From assembly GCA_051874695.1 (NCBI GenBank), contig JBJEGC010000027.1, forward strand, positions 18,582 through 82,581: a stretch of 64,000 nt of DNA. Reading direction: 5' to 3'. The stretch is from Candidatus Bruticola sp. (GTDB lineage: Bacteria; Vulcanimicrobiota; Xenobia; Xenobiales; Xenobiaceae). Shown here piece after piece: positions 9,192-18,178 of the stretch (position 1 is the first letter of the stretch; every line of letters starts with the position of its first letter). The position numbers and the translations under genes are program-made. A model generated the notes under the pieces. It was not told the DNA's origin and did not search any database. It worked only from the letters and a program-made list of their open reading frames with translations.

Positions 9192-10220
9192 ATGTTCGGT
9201 TTGCCACGCCGTCAATTGTCTCCCCGTAAAGCTTCAGCTGAGGAAAGTGAAAACGAAAAGAGTTTGCGCCCCCATAGCATTGCCGAGTATGTGGGCCAAA
9301 CAGATATTGTTGAAAACTTGCGCGTTTTTATTAAGGCGGCCGCGCAGCGGCGCGAGCCTCTCGACCATATTTTGCTGTCAGGGCCGCCTGGATTGGGTAA
9401 GACTACCTTGGCTCAGTTAGTAGCTTCGGAAATGGGAGTGGAAATGCGCACCGCTTCCGGCCCGGCCATTTCACGACCGATCGATCTTCTGGTACTTTTA
9501 CACGGTTTGAAACCGCGTCAAGTGTTGTTCATAGATGAAATTCATCGTTTGTCTCATGTAGTTGAAGAAATTCTCTATCCGGTTATGGAAGATCTGTCTT
9601 TCGATCGGATTATCAGTAAGGGTAACGCTAAAGGGGCCGTTCAGCACCGTGTAGCTCCGTTTACTCTGGTTGGAGCTACTACTAGATCGGGAGCCCTTTC
9701 GTCTCCTTTGCGCTCCCGCTTCGGCATACTTATGCAGCTAAATTTTTATAAGCCTGCCGAGTTGGCTAAAATAGTTCGTCGTTCGGCGTTTTTGCTCAAC
9801 ATAAATATAAATGAAGAGGGGAGTTTGGAAATTGCTCGCCGCTGCCGAGGAACTCCGCGCATTGCTAACAGATTGATAAAGAGAGTTCGTGACTTCGCGC
9901 AAGTTGATGGTGTGGATATTATTACAGCTGAAGTGGCATCCTCAGCTTTAGAGCGCATGTCTATTGATTCGTGTGGACTCGATGCAATCGACAGGCGCAT
10001 TCTGGACATTCTCATTAATACATACAAAGGTCAGCCTGTGGGGTTAGCTACTTTGGCTGCCGCTATAGGCGAAGAACCTGAAAATTTAGAAGATGTCTAC
10101 GAACCGTATTTATTGGCTTCAGGCTTTTTGCTGAAAACTCCACGCGGTCGTGTGGCCGGTCCCAAAGCCTATGAACATTTGGGCTTGGAACCTATACCAT
10201 CGGGCCCGGCAGAAAGCTAA
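9192..10220 (+). CDS. ruvB: Holliday junction DNA helicase RuvB
   Basis: LRP, GPPGLGKTTLA, FIDEIHRL, GATTR, RGTPRIANRL, EPYL and TPRGR motifs. Confidence 0.98.
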   Translation: MFGLPRRQLSPRKASAEESENEKSLRPHSIAEYVGQTDIVENLRVFIKAAAQRREPLDHILLSGPPGLGKTTLAQLVASEMGVEMRTASGPAISRPIDLLVLLHGLKPRQVLFIDEIHRLSHVVEEILYPVMEDLSFDRIISKGNAKGAVQHRVAPFTLVGATTRSGALSSPLRSRFGILMQLNFYKPAELAKIVRRSAFLLNININEEGSLEIARRCRGTPRIANRLIKRVRDFAQVDGVDIITAEVASSALERMSIDSCGLDAIDRRILDILINTYKGQPVGLATLAAAIGEEPENLEDVYEPYLLASGFLLKTPRGRVAGPKAYEHLGLEPIPSGPAES

Positions 10221-10241
10221 CTTTCTTAAATAAAATAATAG

Positions 10242-10298
10242 AAAAAAGCCGCCTCAGAATTATTGATCGGTTAATACCGAAGCTGAGGCGGCTTTTTT
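10242..10298. terminator. Bidirectional terminator between ruvB and the S46 peptidase gene
   Basis: AAAAAAGCCGCCTCAG...CTGAGGCGGCTTTTTT between convergent genes. Confidence 0.8.
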
Positions 10299-10348
10299 AC
10301 TCTTCCAAGGTTGTTTGCCGAACAGAAACGACAGATTGAGAGTTTGTC

Positions 10349-12412
10349 TCATTGAGCGGTAATTTCTTTAAGCAAGTTATCGGCATGGTAAACATGGCGC
10401 AAGGCTTCCAGCAAGGCCGGTGAAGCTACAGAAATATGGCGCGCTTTAACTTCATCGTAAACAAAATTGCGCACCATGCCGAACTGATTGCGGTCAAAAT
10501 TGAGACCTATTAGTTCTCCTGCAGTGTTGAGTACCGGACTGCCTGAGTTGCCCCCTATAGTGTCGGAAGTGGCAGTGAATACCATATGGGTCTGCAAGTT
10601 TAAGTTAGGGCGGCCGTCTAACCAAGATTGGGGTACTTGGAAGGGCGGGGTGTCTTTATTGAGCTTAGCGCGTTCGTACAGGTCGTTTAGGGTTGTACAC
10701 CATTTTATCTCTTGTCCGTTATCCTGATACCCTTTTACCACTCCATAAGAGAGGCGCAGAGTGAAAGTAGCGTCGGGCGGAACGGCGTCTTGTTCAATTT
10801 TAAAGCGCTCAGCAGCTATTTTAGCATAAGCTTTTGTTGAAGGAGCCTTAAAAATAGTTTCGTAAGCGCGCCGAAGCTGACGGGCGTCGTCATCTATGGC
10901 CAGTGCCAGCTGGATCATGGCGTCGTCCGACTTTTGCAGATCTTGCCAACTTAGGCTGGCCAAACGCTGCCTTTCCTGCACATCGAATAGGCGGCAGCCG
11001 TCTACTAGTTCGGCCGCTCTGTCAGCCGGACTTTGTCCCTGTAGAAGAATTTGTATTTGCGGATGATCTACTCCGAGACGTTCCGCCGCAAAGGAGAGGC
11101 TAGCGCTTAAACGGGCCTTTTCTACATCGGCGTAAATAGGCGCTGGTGAAAACAGATTTTGTTTCAGAGAATCAAGTTTAGTAGAATTGTACTCTTGTAG
11201 ATGGAGCTTTGGATTATGTTTCTCTTTAGCTAAGCGTACTAAATGGCGGGCTATTGAGAAGAGCGGACTGGGATACGCTTCTCTTCTTTCTAAAAGATAG
11301 TATGGCTCTTCCAGGCGGCTGACATTTCGGCAAGCGTCTTCTATATCGTTCCAGGGAGTTTGATCGCTCACCAAGCGGCGCACCCGATCTTCCTGAGCTT
11401 TCTTGCGTTCCATAATGGAATTGCGGCATAAACCCTGGTACATGCCGGTGTAAGCTTTGCGAGAGTTGGCTATAGAACGAATATCGTTATTGATACGGCG
11501 GGCATTTTCGGGCGAGCGTTCGGCAAATTGCAGATAGGCTGCCTCCATGGCTCTTACGCGGGCTAAACGGTAAGGAAGGGTTACCGAGCGCGTATGTTCA
11601 GTTTGAGCATAAGTTTCTAAACGGTTGGTAGTGCCCGGATGTCCAACTACAAAGACGAGATCGTTCTCTTTGGGACCTTGAGAATTTATGGTAAAGAAGT
11701 GCTGCGGTTTAACCGGCTGTTCGTTCTCATAGACTCTGAAAATGGCGGCGTCGAGGCAGGTGCGCGGATATTCAAAATTGTCGGCATCTCCGCCAAAAAA
11801 AGCGACGTCTTGTTCTGGCGCCCAAACTAAGCGCACATCGGTATATTTTTTATATATGTATAAGCAGTATTGACCGCCTTGATAAAGAGTAACTACGTCG
11901 CAGCGCATTTTCGTGCGTTCGCCTGCCTCTTTCTCTATAGCGGCTATATTGGCTTTCCTAATGCTGTCCGCTTGGGCTGCGTCGGTTTGAGGAGTTACAG
12001 ATTTGTTGACTTGGTCGGTAACGTCGGTAATCGATTGCAGACAGTTAATTTCCAAATTGGGAGCTTTTAATTCTTCACTTCTGTTTTTGGCTAAAAAGCC
12101 GTTAGCAATTAAATCGTGATCGGGTGTACTTAGTTCAGAAAGAGTCTCATCGGCTATATGGTGGTTAGTAATTACTAAACCGTCCGCAGAAATAAAGCCG
12201 CCCGATCCGCCGTTATTGAAGCGCACTGCAGCGTGCATAGCCTTATCGAGCCACTGTTCACTTAATGTAAAGTTGTATTTTTGGGCCAGTTGTTTTTGGG
12301 GAGGTGTATTGAAGGGGAACATGCCCTCGTCGGCTTGGCACATAGTGGGAAACGCGGCGGCCGCCGCCAAGCCGAGAATTAGAGCGTAAGTGGAAAACTT
12401 TATATTAATCAT
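10349..12412 (-). CDS. S46 family dipeptidyl peptidase (DPP11-like)
   Basis: Signal peptide, DEGMF, ITNHH, FGGDADNFEYPR, DATFTLRLSYG, GGNSGSPV and GLNFDRN motifs. Confidence 0.93.
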   Translation of the reverse strand: MINIKFSTYALILGLAAAAAFPTMCQADEGMFPFNTPPQKQLAQKYNFTLSEQWLDKAMHAAVRFNNGGSGGFISADGLVITNHHIADETLSELSTPDHDLIANGFLAKNRSEELKAPNLEINCLQSITDVTDQVNKSVTPQTDAAQADSIRKANIAAIEKEAGERTKMRCDVVTLYQGGQYCLYIYKKYTDVRLVWAPEQDVAFFGGDADNFEYPRTCLDAAIFRVYENEQPVKPQHFFTINSQGPKENDLVFVVGHPGTTNRLETYAQTEHTRSVTLPYRLARVRAMEAAYLQFAERSPENARRINNDIRSIANSRKAYTGMYQGLCRNSIMERKKAQEDRVRRLVSDQTPWNDIEDACRNVSRLEEPYYLLERREAYPSPLFSIARHLVRLAKEKHNPKLHLQEYNSTKLDSLKQNLFSPAPIYADVEKARLSASLSFAAERLGVDHPQIQILLQGQSPADRAAELVDGCRLFDVQERQRLASLSWQDLQKSDDAMIQLALAIDDDARQLRRAYETIFKAPSTKAYAKIAAERFKIEQDAVPPDATFTLRLSYGVVKGYQDNGQEIKWCTTLNDLYERAKLNKDTPPFQVPQSWLDGRPNLNLQTHMVFTATSDTIGGNSGSPVLNTAGELIGLNFDRNQFGMVRNFVYDEVKARHISVASPALLEALRHVYHADNLLKEITAQ

Positions 12413-12621
12413 AAGTCTATACTTCTTATATAATTTTACCTATTTCCTGCCATGCGTTGCTATTATCGGCTGACCTGCCAGTTTTAGTCAGTCTACTGTG
12501 AATGACGTTTAAATTTACTTCTAGGAATATTTGCTCTAAACTATAAAGAATACAGTCTCAAAGTTAAGATTGGATTATTTCTTTCGCACAAGTGTTTTGC
12601 GTTGGCAAAGGGGCAACTTTT

Positions 12622-13290
12622 ATGGGGCAGCAAATTCTTATTATTGGTCTGGGGCAGTTCGGTATGTCTTTGGCCAGAACACTTTCTGAAAAAGGTGTGG
12701 AGGTTTTGGCCGTAGATCGCGATCTTGCACTGGTAGAGGAAGCCTCACTCTTTGTGGCCGATGCCATGCAGATACGCATTACCGATGAGGCTGATATGGC
12801 CAGGCTCGATCCGGCCAAACGCGATGCCGCCGTGTGCGCTATTGGAGATCAAGCCAAAGAAGATTCTATTATCTGTACAGCTTTACTCAGTCAGTTGGGG
12901 GCTCCGTTTATTGTGGCCCGAGCACGCGATTCTGTACATAAGCGTATTTTGAAAGCCGTAGGAGCCAATTTAATTATTAATCCGGAGCGTGAATTCGGAC
13001 GCCGTTTTGCTACGCGTCTTATAAATCGTCATATGGTGGTAGATACCGATTTGGGCGACGACTGCTTGCTTACGGAAATAAGAGTGCAGCCCGGCATGGT
13101 TGGTAAAAATCTTATTGAGCTTGAGCTGCCCAAACGCTTCGAAGTAATGGTGGCCGGCATACGCTCTTCCGAAGATCCCTCTAAAATTATCCATCCTAAC
13201 CCCAGCCTTCCTTTAAAAGCTAACGACCGACTCATTATTGTATCTAATGAGTTAGCTATTGCCGAACTGCAAAAAACTTTTCGCCGTTAA
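12622..13290 (+). CDS. ktrA: Ktr/Trk potassium uptake RCK subunit
   Basis: IIGLGQFG nucleotide-binding motif, VLAVDRD, IINPERE, C-terminal TrkA-C domain. Confidence 0.9.
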   Translation: MGQQILIIGLGQFGMSLARTLSEKGVEVLAVDRDLALVEEASLFVADAMQIRITDEADMARLDPAKRDAAVCAIGDQAKEDSIICTALLSQLGAPFIVARARDSVHKRILKAVGANLIINPEREFGRRFATRLINRHMVVDTDLGDDCLLTEIRVQPGMVGKNLIELELPKRFEVMVAGIRSSEDPSKIIHPNPSLPLKANDRLIIVSNELAIAELQKTFRR

Positions 13291-13296
13291 AACAGT

Positions 13297-15336
13297 ATGA
13301 TTAAGACATTTGCAGATTTATACGACAGACTCAGGGAAGCTGCTTCAGGCTGGTCAGCTTTCAGTAGCGCTGCTATTGTGCTGTCGCCTTTGGCATTTAT
13401 ATTTTTGGGACTCGATCTTGAGGAAGGTGGAACAATTTCTGCCTTTCGCGGGCTGTGCTCAGGTTTAGCTCTGATTTTTACGGTATCGATTGGTTTATTT
13501 TGGGATAAACACCCGAAATTAGGCAAATTTTTGGCGGTGCTTGACGCCTTGGCCTGCATAGGAGCGGCCGGCAAATATATATTTAGCGATCCCTTCTCGG
13601 CTTTGACTATTTTTGCAGCCGTTTCCGTGCTGATTAATGCTGTTATTCATTACCGCGGTCAGACGGATGAGCCTTTCAAACGACGCCATCATCATATCGA
13701 TTTGGAAGCTGTCAACGGAGCTGCCGGCGGCTTTGCTGTCCTCTTTTTTATCACTTGGTTGCTTTGTGGACTCAACAATCAGCTAGGTTTGTCGCTGTGC
13801 GCTTGCGGTGGCCTTATTTGTCAGCTTATTTTTTACAAATGGTCGCGCCTTACAGCCTCCAGAATTCCGCAGATTGCCGTATTATTCTGCTTTTTCTTAA
13901 TTTGCTTCAGTTTTGCCGTGCCCGGTACCTGGCTGACTATAATTTCCATTTTCTTCTCAATTTTTATTGATATGTTTATTGCCAGCAGCTATGGAGAGCT
14001 AAAGCTGCGGGAAGATTTGGGCATCGATTTCTTTATAAATCGTCCAGCGCGTTTTTTGCTGCTTACTTTTGTGCTGCTTTGCACCGTCGGTTCAATTTTT
14101 CTGTATTTGCCCATATCATCGGGAGGCAATCTCGAATTTATAGATGCAGCTTTTATGGCTGTCAGCGCTTCATGCGTAACCGGGTTAACGTGCATCGATA
14201 TAGGACAATTCACTGTTTACGGCAAAATTTTTCTAGTCATTCTCGTTCAGTTGGGAGGGCTGGGGATGATGGGCACCGCCTCTTTGGCCATGCACGCCAT
14301 GGGACGCCGTTTAAGTTTGCGCCATGAACGTCTGCTGGCGTCTCTGTCAGAATCGGAAAGCGGACCTAATTTAATTCGTTCTCTATACGTAATCGGTATA
14401 TATGTTTTTATTTTGGAGTTATTGGGCGGCATAATTATGACTTGCGCTCTAATAAACCAGGGAACGGATTGGCAGATCGCTGTAGGAAGGGCTTGCTTTA
14501 TGGCTGTGACCTCTTTTTGCAATGCTGGTATGACCCCCGACAGCTCTAATTTGGTAACTTATGCCCAAACTCCGGTTATGCTCTACACTGTGGCTTTTTT
14601 AGTCATTTTGGGCAGTATGTCACCGTTAACTTTTTTAGCTGTGCCTATTTGGTTCAAGCGACGTCATATATCCTTAGCAAATTTTTTAGCTTTAACGGCC
14701 ACCGCTTTGCTTTTATCTTTCGGCACGCTCGCTTACTTACTGCTGGAATGGAACGGGGTTTTTGCTCATCTCAATCCTATCGACAAATGGCACAACGCTT
14801 TTTTTCTTTCAGCGGTAGGTCGGACGGCTGGTTTTAACTCTGTAGATGTGAGCGGTTTCACTCCTTTAAGTGTGATCATCAGCTTAGTGTTTATGCTTAT
14901 AGGCGGCTGTCCGGGTGGTACTGCCGGAGGTATGAAAACTGTTACTGTAGCTATCATGCTATGGGCTTTTTGGACCGATCTTAATCAAGAAAAAGAGGTA
15001 GTCTGCCGTCGGCGTCTCATTCCGCATCAGACGGTAAGGCGCACCATTACTATTTTTGTAGCTTTTATGCTTACCTTAGCCTGCAGCACTATACTGCTGT
15101 TTATGACTCAGAATATTGCTCCTAAATTGCTCATTTTTGAAGCTGTTTCAGCTTTAGGAACGGTGGGCATGAGCTTGGGGGCCACTTCTCATCTTGATGA
15201 AATAGGTAAAAGTATCATTATTTTTACTATGTTCTGCGGACGAATAGGACCTATTTCTATTTTTGCCGTTATGGCCGACGACAAGCCGGTAAAACATGAA
15301 GTCGGCTATCCCCAAGAAAATATTCCTTTAACCTAG
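13297..15336 (+). CDS. ktrB: Ktr/Trk potassium uptake membrane subunit with N-terminal membrane extension
   Basis: Selectivity-filter motifs SASCVTGL, FCNAGM, RTAGFN, GGTAGGMK and SALGTVGMS. Confidence 0.9.
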   Translation: MIKTFADLYDRLREAASGWSAFSSAAIVLSPLAFIFLGLDLEEGGTISAFRGLCSGLALIFTVSIGLFWDKHPKLGKFLAVLDALACIGAAGKYIFSDPFSALTIFAAVSVLINAVIHYRGQTDEPFKRRHHHIDLEAVNGAAGGFAVLFFITWLLCGLNNQLGLSLCACGGLICQLIFYKWSRLTASRIPQIAVLFCFFLICFSFAVPGTWLTIISIFFSIFIDMFIASSYGELKLREDLGIDFFINRPARFLLLTFVLLCTVGSIFLYLPISSGGNLEFIDAAFMAVSASCVTGLTCIDIGQFTVYGKIFLVILVQLGGLGMMGTASLAMHAMGRRLSLRHERLLASLSESESGPNLIRSLYVIGIYVFILELLGGIIMTCALINQGTDWQIAVGRACFMAVTSFCNAGMTPDSSNLVTYAQTPVMLYTVAFLVILGSMSPLTFLAVPIWFKRRHISLANFLALTATALLLSFGTLAYLLLEWNGVFAHLNPIDKWHNAFFLSAVGRTAGFNSVDVSGFTPLSVIISLVFMLIGGCPGGTAGGMKTVTVAIMLWAFWTDLNQEKEVVCRRRLIPHQTVRRTITIFVAFMLTLACSTILLFMTQNIAPKLLIFEAVSALGTVGMSLGATSHLDEIGKSIIIFTMFCGRIGPISIFAVMADDKPVKHEVGYPQENIPLT

Positions 15337-15381
15337 TTTGTTGCAGGCAACGAGAAAAATTCGGCAGAGACGTAAACTAAT

Positions 15382-16038
15382 ATGAAAGTAGCAAAGTCTA
15401 TAAAAATCAGCATTTGGTGCTTCATACTCTTCAATTTGATGGTTGCATACTGCTGTATCTGGATTTTTACGCGCATGCTTCCTTCAATTGAAGCCGTTAT
15501 TCAAGATAATGAAACCTCTATTCATGTTTCTATGGCTATGATGGCGATGCTTACTCAACATCACCACGGCCTTGTATCCCGCTACCAAGCCGTTCCTAAG
15601 TTTGAGCGATATTTAAAAGAGGCGGAGGAGCGCGTCAGTGAAGAAGGGGAAATCGAGTATTTGAAGATTATCAGAACTCATTATCAAAATGCTTTCGACG
15701 GTAAAAAGCTGGAATTCAACGTGGTAACTGACGCTATAGTTAAGTTGGAAAATTTAAACAGGGAAGCCATGCATAATTCTATTGTCAAGGCTCAGCATAT
15801 GGGACGTACTGGAGCTTGGGGCATAGTATTTATGGCCGTTATGAATTTTATCGCCGGTTTAATGTTTATGCATAACTTAAACTTAAAATTCATTGAACCA
15901 ATGGAAGAGATAGAACAGACTATCAGCGATTTTAAAAAAGGCAACAAAATGAGGCGTTGTACGGTATTTAACCGATCGATGGGCATGGAGAAATTTATGC
16001 GCAATCTTAACGACCTTCTAGATTCTTTCGACCGGTAG
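15382..16038 (+). CDS. TM - four-helix-bundle sensor - TM - HAMP-like protein with no output domain
   Basis: Two TM helices flank a helical extracytoplasmic region. The C-terminus (IEPMEEIEQTISDFKKGN...LNDLLD) is HAMP-like. Confidence 0.65.
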   Translation: MKVAKSIKISIWCFILFNLMVAYCCIWIFTRMLPSIEAVIQDNETSIHVSMAMMAMLTQHHHGLVSRYQAVPKFERYLKEAEERVSEEGEIEYLKIIRTHYQNAFDGKKLEFNVVTDAIVKLENLNREAMHNSIVKAQHMGRTGAWGIVFMAVMNFIAGLMFMHNLNLKFIEPMEEIEQTISDFKKGNKMRRCTVFNRSMGMEKFMRNLNDLLDSFDR

Positions 16039-16088
16039 AGACTGCGGTAGCTTAACATTTTTATTTTTTGAAGAGGCAAAAGTAATAC

Positions 16089-17036
16089 ATGAAACTTGAT
16101 CATTATACGGTTGTAGATGTCGAAACGGCTAATGCCGACCGCAGCTCAATATGTCAAATTGCAGTTCAGGAGATACGTGGCCATAAAGTGGTTTTTGAAG
16201 CTTGCAGTTTGATAAATCCTCAGGAGCCTTTCGACGCTCTCAATATATCTATTCACCATATAGAAGAAGACGACGTAAAGAATGCTCCCACCATAGCGCA
16301 GTATTGGCCTCAAATAAAAGATCACTGCTTAAATACAGTTATAGTAGCTCACAATGCTGTTTTTGATCTTTCTGCTTTAAGCGGAGCCTTGCGCAAATAC
16401 GGTGTGCCTTTGCCTCACAGTTTCAGCTATTTATGTAATATGAAGCTGGCTGAACGGATGCTGCCAGGCAGACGTAGGCCTAAACTGCCGGGTTGTGAGG
16501 AAAATGAAAAACCGGGCAGCCGCGGTTATTCTTTGAAGGCTCTGTGTTGCTATTACTCTTTAGATATGATTAAACATCATGATGCTTTTTCTGACACTGA
16601 CGCTTGCCGACGCCTGTTAGAAAGCTTATTGACAGAGGGCGAATTACTGGAAAGTGATATAAGGAGATATATAAATTTTACTCAGGAAGACTCTGCTTTT
16701 ACTGTAGAACCCGCCGCTTGCAGTAATGAAGCCCGACTCCAGGATATGTCTGTAGGTCTGCAAGGTCTGCGCATTTGCCTTACCGGTAAATTTAAATTAG
16801 GTCGGCGTGATAAAATCGAAGGATTACTTACTGCTGCTGGGGCCATAGTACAAAACTCTGTAAGCTTTGATACCGACTATTTAGTGACGGGCGATTTAAA
16901 GAATTTAGGTGCCCAACTTTCAGCTAAAGAAAGAAGAGCTGACGAGATCAGAGCGGCGGGCTATGCTTTAAAAATAATTAACGAAGCCGAACTGCTCAGT
17001 TTACTGAAAAAACTTTCCGACAGTAAGTGTATTTAA
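16089..17036 (+). CDS. DEDDh 3'-5' exonuclease (DnaQ-like) fused to a BRCT domain
   Basis: VVDVETAN, VAHNAVFD and HHDAFSD motifs, then BRCT motifs ICLTGKF and NSVSFDTDYLVTG. Confidence 0.9.
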   Translation: MKLDHYTVVDVETANADRSSICQIAVQEIRGHKVVFEACSLINPQEPFDALNISIHHIEEDDVKNAPTIAQYWPQIKDHCLNTVIVAHNAVFDLSALSGALRKYGVPLPHSFSYLCNMKLAERMLPGRRRPKLPGCEENEKPGSRGYSLKALCCYYSLDMIKHHDAFSDTDACRRLLESLLTEGELLESDIRRYINFTQEDSAFTVEPAACSNEARLQDMSVGLQGLRICLTGKFKLGRRDKIEGLLTAAGAIVQNSVSFDTDYLVTGDLKNLGAQLSAKERRADEIRAAGYALKIINEAELLSLLKKLSDSKCI

Positions 17037-18013
17037 GGTTGCTTGCCGCTCAAAGCGGTAATAGCTTTCTGTAGGCTGGCTGCGGTAGGATCTTCTTCGG
17101 CTGGGCCGTTGGCATAAAGAGGCCGACGGCTAATATGTTTGCTTATATAAACTTTCTGATCTTTGCTTAGCAGTTCATTCAGTTTTTTCAATGTATTTTC
17201 TTCGGCGTATCTATCATTTTCTGCTTCTTCAATTAGTTTTAATACGCATCTGGCTTGAGCGGGAGTTAGGGCCAACGAGCCGCCCTTACCTTCTAAAAAA
17301 ATTATGGCAGCTAAGCAGCGCTCGTAATTGTTGCTAATGCGCTGTTTGTCTTGTCTTTGCAGAGCTTGCATATATTCATCGGAGTAGCCCGGCCTTAGCG
17401 CAGGGCTACTCATGTTGGCGTTGGCTGTTTTTTCTTTATTGCTCTGCAAATGCGCTTGGGCCATCTGCATGCTCAGCTGAGCTTGCTCTTGCGGGCTTTG
17501 CTGATCTGTCTGTTCACTCTGGCCGCTATTGAGTGCCGCATTCAGTTCTATTTGTTTACTGTGTTCACCCTTTATGGCTGCTCCAGGTATATTTTTGTGA
17601 AATATTTGTTTGGGAGCGCCCTGGTGCACAGCGGGCTGGATAGTTTTACCGACAAACATGGAGTCGGAATTTTCCATTTTGGGCATGCCGACTCGCTGGG
17701 GCACGCTGTGAGGAGCATTTTCGCCGAAACCTACCGCCACATTTCCCGTATTTGATACTTTAGCTTCGCTTATGTCCAGTCCCATTTTTGCGGCCGGTTC
17801 TGTTATTTGCGGTTTATCAGTAGAAGCGCTTACCTTGGATAAACGATTGTCTACCTGATCTTTATCAGCATGACCTTGAAAAACTAAAGTTTTGTCTGCC
17901 TTAGATGACGGACCGAGGCTGCTAATTTTTCCTTCAAAAATAAAAACTATTTGGAAAAGGGCCCAGACGGCGAAAAATAGAGCGGTTACTTTGAACAGAT
18001 TTAAGCGGAACAT
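17033..18013 (-). CDS. Hypothetical membrane-anchored protein
   Basis: Long ORF (extends to 18136; probable start ATG 18013), N-terminal TM, low-complexity linker, helical C-terminus (LALTPAQARCVL). Confidence 0.65.
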   Translation of the reverse strand: MFRLNLFKVTALFFAVWALFQIVFIFEGKISSLGPSSKADKTLVFQGHADKDQVDNRLSKVSASTDKPQITEPAAKMGLDISEAKVSNTGNVAVGFGENAPHSVPQRVGMPKMENSDSMFVGKTIQPAVHQGAPKQIFHKNIPGAAIKGEHSKQIELNAALNSGQSEQTDQQSPQEQAQLSMQMAQAHLQSNKEKTANANMSSPALRPGYSDEYMQALQRQDKQRISNNYERCLAAIIFLEGKGGSLALTPAQARCVLKLIEEAENDRYAEENTLKKLNELLSKDQKVYISKHISRRPLYANGPAEEDPTAASLQKAITALSGKQP

Positions 18014-18178
18014 GCTCTGTATTATAAGAATATCCGGAATTTTATGCCAGCTGCTTAAAGTGATCCCGGACTCGGACCTGCTATTTTTTTTCTCCTTCTT
18101 GACAAAGATTGGCGATGTTGTAGACTTTTTGGGCATTTATATCGGCCATATTGCAAAACTCAGGAAAGCGTAATAGTT

